Positions 1 through 11,300 of a stretch of DNA of 64,000 bases are shown piece by piece. Source of the DNA: Takakia lepidozioides (taxonomy: Eukaryota > Plantae > Bryophyta); NCBI GenBank assembly GCA_030704615.1, contig CM060734.1:42284001-42348000 (forward strand), written 5' to 3'. The stretch's first letter is position 1. The number at the start of each line of letters is the position of its first letter. The notes under the pieces are model-generated. The model was not told the origin of the DNA and searched no databases. It saw nothing but the letters and a program-made list of their open reading frames with translations. A program made the position numbers and the translations under genes.

Positions 1-664
1 GTTGAAGAGAGGAAAGACTCAGACGATTTGGATAAGTGATGATGATTGGAGCACCAGTGGTGTGGGTCCGGGGACGGTCATCTCTCCCACTGCCGGATCT
101 GAGTGGGTTGAAGAAGACACTAGCAAGCGGATTTGGTTCCAAAATGGTCGAGAGGTAAGTCCGCTCCCATAGAGGAGAGAAAAATTAGTACGTCCCAAAA
201 GGTCAGAGGTTTAGGGGAAGGAAGAATCATTGCATCCTGAAGGACCCATGAGACACAGTATAACAAGACATTAGAACCACATAAACAGAGAAGTCAGAAG
301 AATAAAACTCCCGGGAGGAAAAGGAACAACAACAGGAACTTTATAACGTCAAAGGGCGACCCCAGGGCCTGTGGGACAAAGTAGACGTACAAAAGAACGA
401 ATTTTTATATCGCTAGGTCCAGAGCATGAGGGGGGGCCTATGTGACACGAAAGAGAAGAGAGGGAGAGTGAAAGACACAATTTTCTTGTTAAGGCTAAAA
501 CTCCAAGATGTTCTTGCTTGTTTCTGTATACTGGGAAAAGCAGGATCCATGGATCACTCGGTTCTATGTGATAAAAGCTCGTTTAAAGTTGACTAGTTAA
601 TTCCCACATTGCGCGGAATCCTCGAGTATCTCAGGACCACTCTCTTGCACTCTCTTTCTCAACA

Positions 665-1150
665 GTCTTGAGGCTGAGCCAAAAGCCCAGGCCCTCCTGA
701 GGCCTAGTTTTTGGGCAAATCACACACAGCAGATTGATGCTTGAGTGCAATTGCCCGTTGTGTGGGCAACCTGACGACAATATTCATTTTTTGATTCACT
801 GTCCGGGGTTCTCTCACCAGAGAGACGGTCTCCTCAAATCTATCAATGAAATTGTGCCTGTACCTCTGTACCAACTTTGAAAGTCTCGAGGCTGAGCCAA
901 AAGCCCAGGCCCTTCTGGGGCCTAGTTATTGGGCACACCACACACAGCAGATTGATGCTTGTGTGAAGGGATTTCTAGAGGATATCTGGAAAACCTGGAT
1001 CAATGTTTTGTTTCAAGGTAAGTCTTACTACCGACGTCAGCCCCTGACAGAGGTAGGTTCTGTCCCTTTGTGTGCCGCTCAAACTGGGCGCGGGGTCAAT
1101 GGCCACAAGGCTATGGCAAACAAGGTCTTATGAGTACATTCTCTTTCTCA
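665..1150 (+). mobile_element. RTE/RTEX-like LINE 3' fragment (family A)
   Basis: Encodes CPLCGQPDDNIHFLIHC and LEAEPKAQALLG..IDACVKGFLEDIWK, matching the C-terminus of the LINE at 27150-28795. Ends in ggccacaaggctatggcaaacaa..gagtacattctctttctc. Confidence 0.85.
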
Positions 1151-1264
1151 ACAGTACTCCAACAAAGTTAGGCATAAAAAGTTGGAGTTATGCAGAATTA
1201 ATCATGCAAAATAATTCCGACTTGAGTGGCTCTCTTGCTGAACTTGTTTGCAGTTTGTGACATT

Positions 1265-1885
1265 GGTGATGACCTTAAGGATGATCTGAAGGGCCTTCCT
1301 ACCTATTGTCTGCACCAGACTAAAGTTGGAACTCAGGACGGGGAGTCTACCTTTGAACGATGTAACAGATGCAGAAAGGAAAGGGAGATTGTCAATACCT
1401 GATGTGCAAGCGGCCTGGAGAAAACATCATTTACAGATAAAATGTTGGGGGGTATTCTCATCAACAGTGACCCTCTTCAGCACCATCAAGAACATAGTCC
1501 CTGCACCTCTGTTCACAAACTTTCAAAATCTCGAGGGGCTTCTTGCAGCAATTTTCACATGGAATCAACTTTTTGTACTTCAGATGGATGTCAGATTGAC
1601 CGCAGTGAGAACATTGTACGGGAGATGCAGGTCTTTGAAGAGAGGGCATATTTGGTAGGCAGTGAGCGCAAAAGGGCAGGAGAGCGAGCTTTTTTTGGGA
1701 TCACTGAGTCACTAGAGGAACTCTCACAATTGCTGATACTGTAGGACTCTCTGTCGTTGGTTCTACTTACCAAAAGTACATCTCTCTCTCTTTCTCTTTT
1801 TCTCTCTTGTTCTGCCCAAACTGGGTGTGGGGTCTATGGCCACAAGGCTACAGCAAACAATGTTCCATGAGTACATTCTCTCTTG
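1265..1885 (+). mobile_element. Family A LINE fragments flanking HflX exon 1631-1775 (about 1265-1560 and 1810-1885)
   Basis: LRTGSLPLN..TIKNIVPAPLFTNFQNLE, plus the same 3'-end signature at 1820-1885. Confidence 0.75.
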
Positions 1886-2749
1886 GTCTAAGTCCTACAA
1901 GGCCGCAGTAAAAACACCCTCTAATGTGTACATCTTTGGGCTTTTTGTGGACATTTTAAAGCTCCAGTACAGCCTGGAGTTGCAATGGACTGTGAGAGGG
2001 TATGGCATTTAGGAGAGCATATGTCCTGTAGGTGAATGGCTCTCTCTCTCTGCGTCTGTTGGATATTCTAGTATTGCTGGTTTGAATAGTGCAGCAGTAG
2101 GGACCTTTGCTTAGCTTTACATTAGCGTGCAGGGGAGGTCAAATTACAGTTTCTAACATTGCTAAGTTTCTGATATTGGCAAGCTAGAGCATCCAAGTCC
2201 CAAAAAGTACATAGGGGCTGGCAAAGTGTTGGAGGTTCAAGGAGCAATTCGCGCTCTCAAAGTTGAAACTGTTATCTTTGATGATGAGCTCTCACCAGCG
2301 TAATTAGTTTTAAGGCCTTGCCCATTTTGGTTGTTTGGCATTACGTGGAAAACAGACTGACCATGACCTTGGACACCAGACCTGTTCCAGCGAAGATTAA
2401 TCAACCCTGAGACCAGCTTGGAACAATTAACCATGGGAGGCTTTATCTAATTATGGATGTTGCTAAGGGAGTAACCGAACCTGATGTATGTGGCTCCACC
2501 AGACTCATATGGGGTGAGGTACCAAAGGCAGGATCTAGCAAAGACCATCAACAAGACATTCGCTCCTTCTAAGATGTGGTTTCTGTTTGGGCAATGCCAG
2601 GCAGCTTCGGAGTTTGGGGAAAGCCTTTGGTGAGGATGTGCGTGAACCGCCTTGATACTTGATATTTTTAACCAGCGTTCTTATAACTCGGGAAGCCACC
2701 CTGCAGGTTCACCTCTCCCTCTCTCTCTAAAATCCATTCAGCTTTTGTT

Positions 2750-3495
2750 GCTCCAAGAGAGCATGCTAGTATGCTCTAGAACAACTAATGTGGCTGTTTG
2801 GGGTGAGTTTGGCGAGTTTGAGCTCCCAATGTGTTGAGTTGAAGGTCAGATGGCGGGGTCAGTTGAATCGCATGCCTAATACCAGGATACGCTAAGATGA
2901 TCGACTCTAGAGTAGAGGAGATTTTCATGTACCTGAATATTAGGCAGGAAGAACTGACCCTGCTCAATGAAGCTGACTCGGAGGTTGAAGTGCCATGTCA
3001 GTAGCACAAAGAATGTCTGAACAAAACAAAGTTAGGCATAAAACTTCCCTGAACTTCCAGTTTGTGATGTGGGTGGGGACCTTAAGGATGATCTTAAGGG
3101 TGTACCTACCCTTGGCACTCCACTGAAATTTAAACTCAGGGCGGGGAGTCTATCTTTGAAGAATAAACAGATGCATGAGAGGAGAGGGAATGTCAATGCC
3201 TGATGTGCGGGTAGCCTGAAGACAACATCCATTTTTTGATGCAATGTCTGGAGTATTCTCGTCAGAGAGCGACCCTCCTCAGGACCATCAAGAACATAGT
3301 CCCTGCACCTCTGTTCACCAACTTTCAAAATCACAAGGCTGAACGTAAAGCCCTGGACATGTTGTTAGGCAGCTCAGACCTGGCAGATTGATGCTTGTGT
3401 GAAGGGATTTCTGGAGGAAATCTGGAAAGCCTGAACATAAGTCCCACTACTGGAGTGAGCCCTTCACAAAGGTAGTGTTATGTTCCCTCTTGTTC
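2750..3495 (+). mobile_element. Degenerate family A LINE fragment
   Basis: ACSRTTNVAVWGEFG-like segment, then aaatttaaactcagggcggggagt and gattgatgcttgtgtgaagggatttctggag, shared with the 27-28.8 kb copy. Confidence 0.8.
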
Positions 3496-4401
3496 TGTGC
3501 AGATGAATACGAACAAGCAACAAACCACCCTAGGCTTCCTCCTCCAGTAGCCTATATCTTGTGGTGGCATCAACTAAACCTGGGTTAGTAGTGGGTGGAA
3601 CCACAGTTAGTTCATTTGTAGTTTATTTGACTCCTGGTTCTATCTGTGTAGGTAGAGTTGGCCCAAACAGAGTACCGGTTACCACGGTTGACACGCATGT
3701 GGACACATCTGGAGAGACAGGCAGGAGGATTGGTCAAGGGTATGGGAGAAAAGCAAATTGAAGTTGACAAGCGAATTCTCCGTACTCAGGTAGGGCTTCA
3801 CCCTTTAGTGTTCCAGTATGGTTGGGATGATTTTATATTCATGAACCTCGTCGTTTACCCATTTCAGGACCTGTTCATTCCTCAAGTCATAATGGCAGGA
3901 CCTGGCGATTCTGGGAATATCTTTTTGGTGGATTTCTGTAGATATGCAGTTGACATCATGAAAATATTATTTAGTTGGAACAATAGAAACCTATTTGCCA
4001 CTTGTTTGTTTCTACTGAAATGAAGGTAATAATTACAAAATGAAATGTATCACAAAGATAGATTATCTCATGCGTGGTTGGTGTTCAGATTGCAGGACTG
4101 AAGAGGGAGCTCGAGTCAGTTCGTGGACATCGCCAACAGTATCGTGACCGCCGCGCATCAGTCCCCATTCCTGTTATCTCCCTGGTGCGCTCTATTCTTA
4201 TGTCTCTCCCGTTCTCTGTCTGCGTTCTTGTCCCATGAGTGCTTGGGTTTTTCAGGGACATTATGACAAGTATTTTATGACCAGTATTTTTTTTCTCAAC
4301 AGCCAAAGCTCAGCCTAGGCTTCCTTTGCTGCATAGCAAGCAGAGTTCAGAGGGAGTATGAACCCCGGGCATGCATTGCATGGTGCTATATAATACTAGA
4401 A

Positions 4402-4800
4402 ATGGTGGCCCAGTGGTTAGGGCACAAGGCTACATTACAAGTGGTCATGGGTTCAAAGCCACATAGGTGTATGTTGGATGTCACCTATGATAGCCAACCC
4501 AGTTATAAAAGGGGGGTTGGTGGGTCAACCAAACACCTAATGTGTGGGTACCTGGGACTGTTGAGTCCTTGGGGGCAACCTTGTTGCCCCAGTTACAGCC
4601 ATGGGAAGGTGTCCACCTTCCAACCGGAATGTAATAGCCCATTGGGGTGAAGTGACACCAGAAGTTACGTGTGCTTCAGCAAGAGTCAACCTCCTTCTTG
4701 CTAGAAATGATCAAAGCACTGCTACTACAGCCTCTAGATGTGGCAAGGTGGCTATGTTTTTACTCTACTATAAGAAGAGGGCGAGGTTTGATTGAAGCTT
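4402..4800 (+). mobile_element. tRNA-derived SINE-like insertion in an HflX intron
   Basis: A-box TGGCCCAGTGG (~4406) and B-box GGTTCAAAGCC (~4451) at tRNA-like spacing, without a complete cloverleaf. The 3' boundary is approximate. Confidence 0.5.
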
Positions 4801-5094
4801 TAAATAACTCATGGGTTTGGCAGGTCGGTCATACAAATGCAGGGAAGAGTACACTCTTAAATAGACTAAGTGGGGCAGGAGTTCTGGCAGAGGACCGGCT
4901 TTTTGCAACTCTAGATCCGACTACCCGTCGAGTAGAGGTAAAACGTTTCTTCCTTTCTCTCTCCCTGCCATCCCACCTGAAGTCTATTGCCACCAGGCTT
5001 TGTCCGTGGCAGAGGTCTTAAACTGAGGACCCAAAGTGGTTAGGAGCTTACTGACTTGGGCAGTCTTCACCAAGCGACGTTTGGGTTTTTTTCA

Positions 5095-6090
5095 CATGGT
5101 CTTTGGATGTCTCTCATAGTTCTATTGTCTCTATGAGCTTTCCGCGGGCGTTATAAAGCACCATTTCATTTCATTTCATTCTCCAAGACATCACCAGGAG
5201 CTTTGAGTTGTTTCTACAGGCTCTTGACTGGGTTTGTGTGTGGCACTCGGTGGCCAAGTAGCTTGGGAGGCTTATCTGTCTTGCAGGCCAAGCCAGCTGC
5301 GGCCGCGTGGATGCCACCAAGGACCATACACCAACCGAACTTTAGAACCTGTGGAAACTACTCAGAGCTCTTGATGATGTCTCTGCTCCTGATCATGACA
5401 TGGCACAATGAAAAGGGATATTGCTGCAAAGCTATATCCCTTCACATTGGCATTCTCCAGCTTAAGGTGGACTCCTTTGATTGGGAATTCCAACCCCAGA
5501 CAAAGTCTAGCTGACCTCCACCGCCAAGTCACAACATTTCTCAGAACCACGGCCCATGGTTACATAACTTCGCAACCTAGATGGTGACCTGAACTATATT
5601 GCGTCTCAACTGGAAAGCATAGTACCTTCAAATGCGGCAAGCCAGAGCAGAGGGAAAATGGGGATGTCCCTCCACATCAGATACTTATTCCCAATCAACA
5701 AACCCTGGGCCTCACTACCCCTAAGAATACCAGTTCCAATGAGGCTGAGGCCCCTACATGCTCTCGTCTCACGCAACTGCAATGACACTTGGTCTGTTGG
5801 ACATCTTACAGAGTTGTGATATTTTTGCGTGGAGACATGAAAGTGAGACATGGCCACTTCCTACAGCCCTCTTCCTCATGACCAACCAAAATTCGACCAT
5901 TGGAGGAGTAGCTACTGCAAAGAAATCCATTAACCACCTTACTCTCCTGTCCATGGCAAGAACCAGAGATATATGTGGGTGTCGACTCAGACTTCAAGAC
6001 ACACATGTTGATTCTCACTGTTCTTTTTTGTCCCATGGCCCTTGGAGGCCCCTTCGGATGTTATGAAGTTCCTCTCTTTTTCTCTGTCCT
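5095..6090 (+). mobile_element. Non-LTR retrotransposon 3' ends (family B): (CATTT)n-tailed end at ~5100-5180, then a degenerate LINE ending ~6085
   Basis: Motif ttgtc(c)..gttataaag followed by a tandem tail. The same motif recurs, reverse-complemented, at ~340-380, ~17750, ~25820, ~26440, ~28910 and ~44265. Confidence 0.6.
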
Positions 6091-6094
6091 GTGT

Positions 6095-6258
6095 TCTAGA
6101 GGATATCTGGAAAACCCGGATCAATGTTCTATATCAGGGTAAGTCGCAATACCAACATCAGCCCCTGACAGAGGTAGGTTCTGTCCCTTTGTGTTCCGCG
6201 CGGGGTCAATGGCCACAAGGCTACGGCAAACAACGTCTTATGAGTACATTCTCTGTCC
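6095..6258 (+). mobile_element. Family A LINE 3' end
   Basis: Near-identical to 975-1145 (ctagaggatatctggaaaacc..gagtacattctct). Confidence 0.85.
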
Positions 6259-6502
6259 TGTGGACACAAAAAGATGATTTCTTCTCTGCCCCAACAGACT
6301 GTAGTCAACAATGTACAAGGAGCAGACCTCTTGTTAGTAACATATAGTCTGACGAGGAAAGTAGTCTGCCTTTGGTCTTGTCTGTGTCTTGTCTTCCCTC
6401 TGTGTGGCAGTGTCATGGCAATAGTCTTGAATTGAGCTTGTTTGCTGTCAATCACAGGTGGCAGCATTTAGGGCTACACTGGAGGAGATCAGCGATTCCT
6501 CA

Positions 6503-6646
6503 TTACTTGTGCATGTGATGGATGCATGGTGCCTGACTCTTTCTCGCTCTGTGAACTTGCAAACGGGACTTCCCTTACTTGTGCATGTGATGGATGCAAG
6601 ATGCCTGACTCTTTCTTGCTCTGTGAGCTTGCAAACGGGACTTCCC
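6503..6646 (+). repeat. 72-bp tandem duplication covering the 3' end and splice donor of the last HflX exon
   Basis: ttacttgtgcatgtgatggatgca..gcaaacgggacttccc occurs twice in tandem (6503-6574, 6575-6646). Confidence 0.9.
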
Positions 6647-6814
6647 CGATAGCTATGGCGATGTCCCTACTGCATTTTCCAAGCAACTGGGGAAGGTCTA
6701 TGGGGTGTAGGCTTTAACACGTGACAAAACAATATTGGTACCAGCACTCATGTGCACAGACGACCTCTCTCTCTCTCTCTCTCGCACCCAGGGGCCTACC
6801 TACCCTCAGCACTA

Positions 6815-7508
6815 TTGAAATGTAAACTCAGGGCGGGAAGCGTACCTTTGAACAATAAACAGATGCAGAGAGGAAGAGGAGATTGTAATTGCCCGATGTG
6901 CAGGCAGCCTGAAGACAATATCCATTTTCTGATACATTGTCCAGGATATTCTGACCAGAGAGTGACCCTCTTCAGGAACATCAAGAACATTGTCCCTGTA
7001 CCTCACTTCACCAACATTGACAATCTTGAGGTTGCGCCTAAAGCCCTGGCCCTGTCGGGCTCAAATTGCTGGGCAGCTCACGCACATCAAGTTAATGCTT
7101 GTGTGAATGGCTTTCTAGAGGATATCTGGAAAATCCGAACTAATTGTCTTTGTCAGGGCAAGTCACATTACGGTTGTGAGCCCCTCCTGTCCTCCCTTCC
7201 TACACATACCTCGGCGTTGAGTTTGCCTCTAATTGGGATGCACATATTCAGAAAGTTGTTCAAACTGGCAAGTGCAAAGTGCTGGGTCTCACTAAATTCT
7301 TCCACTGCAGAGGGATCAACTCTGAGGTCAAGAAAATCATGCTTTGTCGCGTTATTAAACTTGCCTTGGAGTATGTATCTGCAATATGGGTTGGTAACTC
7401 GAACCAGGCTAAGTCTGTAGAATCTATTCAAGTGGAGGGGTGCTTAAGGAGTGCATGTCAGCATGCTCCAAAACAGCCATGTTGCTGTTTGGGGTGAGTT
7501 TGGCATCC
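6815..7508 (+). mobile_element. Two rearranged family A LINE fragments
   Basis: KLRAGSVPLNN..CPMCRQPEDNIHFLIHC..EDIWK (C-terminal region) is followed by an upstream RT-thumb segment (FFHCRGINSEVKK..ECMSACSKTA), so the order is permuted relative to the 27-28.8 kb copy. Confidence 0.8.
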
Positions 7509-7949
7509 CTAGATGCGCGTATACCCGGCGGGTATACCTGTGTATATGATATACCCACCCAACATTGGACGCAACTTATTGTGTGGAAGGTATGCCCCTT
7601 TTACCGGCCGTACTCAAAGCACTGTAATTGTTGCACCATCCCCCCCAAAAACTCCAAAGTTTTATAAACATGTGGTTGTAAACAAATTTAGGATTTTCAC
7701 ATGCAAAATATTTTATTGCTGAAGAGGATCCCTCATATGGTTATTGTGGGTTAGGGCACAACACAAGCTTGTCAGGGTCTAAAACACTTTTTTATGCTCA
7801 CCAAATTTTGTTCGCATATTTACTAATGAGCTAGTATATAATTGTTTAAAATAAATAAAACTAGAGTAGCCTGTGTCATCTAAGCCCAAGTGCAATCTCC
7901 TATGTATAATCTTTTAGGTATGTGGAGGCCCAAATGCGACCTCTAGGGT

Positions 7950-8395
7950 AGCTTATGCCGTGTTATTTAAGTCCAAATGCATTTTTTTTCCACGACCAGA
8001 TTTGAACCGGAGACCTCTCCCTTGATATCTCTCCTCTCGAGGCTCCAACCATTGTCCCATGAATTCCCACTTTGCTATCTTTCCGGAATTTCCAGCGACC
8101 CAAAGTACTTGAAATTCCACATCTCCCACACCGTAGGTCCAAAAATCATAGACCAAGCCCGCCCCTCCTCGTCGAGGGCTTTCCAACAGTACCAAGCACC
8201 ACAGCTGGGGCCTCGCGGTTGGGGACATCTCAAATCTACAAAACAAACAAAATAAAACAAAACAAAACAAACGTCTTGCTTCAAATATTGATAAAAGGAA
8301 ACCTGGGAGCGACAGCCAACAATTCAGGCCCTTGAGGAGGGGGAAAAATTAACCCCCTTTCAGATAAGCCATGGGGCATTAGTATATAATTTTAT
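7950..8395. repeat. Dispersed non-autonomous repeat with a tRNA-like head on the minus strand
   Basis: Minus-strand A/B-box-like motifs (tgggacaatgg; ggttcaaatc) at ~7990-8060. The segment 8290-8350 (cctgggagcgacagc..aggcccttga) recurs inverted at ~41420-41490. Confidence 0.4.
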
Positions 8396-11300
8396 TTATA
8401 GTAGTATTAAAGTAGTAAGTTGGCGTATGTTTGATGGTCCCCTCCTTATATTTGGTATTGAATCCATGCGGACCTCTTATAGTTCTGCGCTTCTGCACTG
8501 CTTTGTTTGGTGAAGCTCAGGCAATGGGCCACCCCTCTGAAGGCGAGCCAGCCGCCCTGCCAGTCTGCATCTGTGCAGAGGTTTTAGATATGCGGGAGGA
8601 GATTGTTATGGAAGTGGGAAGGTTGGAAGTTGGAAGGTGTTTCCCAAAGTCATGACCAGATGTAGTTCACCTAAACACCCGTGTCACTGCGCACTAACGG
8701 TGTTAAGGTGTCTGGAGATCACGTCAAACGTTAGACCAAGGTGAGCTCGGGCAGTGTGTCCGTTACGTACTGCACCTCCATCCCATACTTACTTACCATT
8801 GGCGTCGCAAGTCGGAGATTAGGTACTTCCACATCAGTTTTGGAAATTGTGTCGTTTTCCAGGCGAATGGGAGCTCAATTATCTTGAGGGAGGACGTGAG
8901 GGTCATTAACCTTACAAGACCGAGCTGGTGATCTTTCTGAGTCTGAGTACAATCAAGAAAACTGAGGATCGTATGAAGATTGGAACCTGACGTGCCTCGG
9001 TATTGATCACTTCAGAGTTGGCTTTCGCCGCCTGGCTGGGCTGTTTAGTGTTCCCAGTTTAGAGCAGAAATAATAAGTCTGTGCTCTAGGAAACTTTAGA
9101 AAGCAGATTTCTGCGCACAGGATAATTTATGTACAGAGGTATGACGCTGGCAAACACTGGGATTGGCCATCAGGAGTAGGAGGTCCGAGGAAGTGAAGTA
9201 TTTTATATAGTGGGCGCTAACACAAGTTTGAAATTAGCCCGTCCTCCCAGGCAACCGTGCGTAGCCACCATTGTGTGGTCTCCGGCTGCTTTAGTCGTTC
9301 CAATTCATGGCTAGCAGTTTGTCTAAGTACGTTGAGGCCACCCAAGTTGTCCCATCAAATTTTGAGGATTACATAATGGCGCTTAGATTGGGTGTAAAAC
9401 GATAGGCTGAGGTCAAAGGATTCTTGCGTGCCTTGTTGAGCAAAGGAAGCTCCACGTTTACATGCAGCTGACTACTTTCCGTAGTTGCTGTCACCATATG
9501 CATAATAAGTGTGAATATTGTATTTCGTAGGGAAGTACCTAGTGGGTTTACTTATCTGAGCTCAAATCCTCTCACTGACCCTTATTACATGCGGGAGACG
9601 AATGACCCCTTTGCATACTTTCCCACTAAACTACCAAGTACATCTAGTCACAATCATACTCCTTTCAACTTTGGAATCCGCCTAGGAAAGGACTAGTTCA
9701 AATTCTTTGCTCTTATTACTTCAATCAAAATAGAACAGTCTCCATCGCTCCGAATGCGGACTGGTGAGCTAGAAACAAAAGAGATCACAAGAAACTTGCT
9801 ACGATATCGAGTACACAGCCAGGTCAGTACAGAATATATAAATTCGTAGTTTGACTGAGCAATCCTCGATGCACGTCGTGTTATTGCATCTGTTCTCACG
9901 TTACTGAAGGTTGTTGACTTGCAACTAATCATTTTGTCATGCCATTACTTCAATCTCCTCTTTAATAGCACTGCCCCAAAGAGTTTTAGTTATTACAAGT
10001 CAGACGCTGGCACGCAAATTGTCGACCTCCCTGCATGGCCTGCACCAAACAACACCATCAATCCAAACACGAACTCCTCCGACAAATCGCGAGGCGAGAG
10101 CGAGACGGCCACGAGACCTTCGTGCTCCACTGTCGCTCACCGTTCACGTATTCCACAAACTTCATACGAGTATTCTGATCACCACCTTAATACACAATAT
10201 AAATACACAATAAATATAAATATGCAATCATGACCGCCAGCTGTCCGTACTAGTCCACCATGGTTAAGAACTTAAGCAGATGGGTCGCCTTGGTGACGTG
10301 GATTGGAATTAGGGTTAGGCGTGATGGGTTTTGAGTAAGTTAGTGTACAAACGGGTACAAGTGGGGCGGCATTAGCAAATATGATGGGCATTAGGTAACG
10401 CTCCCGATTATGGCTCCACACGGATCGAACTCATGACCTGCACCGAGAAAATCCCGCACGTACTATAAAAGGCCCTAGATCCTACGGTGATGAGCGGGTG
10501 GGGCCGGCCCGGGACTTCTTGATCGTCCGACGTCCGACCTGCGCGGCCGAAGATCGCTGTCGGGCGAGCGGGAGAATGTCGGCCTGATTCCGTTCACATT
10601 CCACGTTGTTTGTCCGAGCCAGGTGGCGCAGCGGCACCGGACGCCGGACCCATTCTTGTAGTGTGAGAAAAGAGAGTGTGCTGCTGACGTGGAATCCGGA
10701 CGAATGTACTCTGCTCGGATGGATGTCCGTGTGGATGAAAACGTAAATACGCCACTGCAGTAATAGTAAACCATGTGATTAGGAGGATGTCTGAAACGAC
10801 TGACGGTCTGATGATGGCAGTGCAGTAAGTAAGTTTCACACATGGCCTGCCGCACGCGTGGCCTGGACGACTCAATCTCTGCCTGGATTCACCCTCGTCG
10901 TCCTCTTCTTTGTCTCTTCCTCTTCCTCCTTAGCTTTGTTCTGACTGAACTGAAGCTTGTTCCTTACTGTGAGAGAGTAAGAGGAGTGGCGAGTACATCA
11001 ATCATCACTTTGAGACTGAGTACTTACAAGCCCAGAGTGTGTTTTGTAACTGATTAGGTGCAAAGTACTTGGGGTTATGGAGTGCTAATTATCAGCAATC
11101 AGTGGGGTATGTGAAGGCAAACTTCAAAGCCAGTTGTGTTTATGGAGCCTGTTGCCGCCTTGTACTAACTTGGTTTTCTTCTTTGGTTTGAGAGGGAAAG
11201 GACAGCTCACAAACTCATCAGGCCCCTTAATGGGTTTTTGGAACTTGGGTGAGTCACAAGTAGAGTCATAATGCGCAGGATGTGAGACTACAGTCGACCC

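Larger units (their letters stand above)
1..6528 (+). pseudogene. HflX: Plastid-type GTPase HflX gene, disrupted and apparently 3'-truncated (5' end lies outside the window)
   Basis: GT-AG-bounded exons ~1-154 (..WFQNGRE), 1631-1775 (VFEERAYLVG..LEELSQL), 2183-2299 (YIGAGKVLEV..VIFDDELSP), 2601-2706 (LILDIFNQR), 3652-3789 ([27 protein letters not shown]), 4089-4184, 4824-4937 (G1 [19 protein letters not shown]), 6458-6528 (VAAFRATLEE). Lesions: 1-nt loss near 1732, deletion plus frameshift in 2601-2706, non-AG acceptor near 2182. No DTVGF (G3) exon or C-terminal exons seen. Confidence 0.85.

Noticed and set aside
4402-4475. tRNA gene (also B-box-like hits at ~8000, ~10425, ~40400, ~40880)
   Set aside because: No complete cloverleaf could be folded, so these were treated as SINE-like remnants.
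10487-10587. C/D box snoRNA (GTGATGA..CTGA)
   Set aside because: The terminal stem is poorly positioned and no rRNA-complementary guide was recognised.
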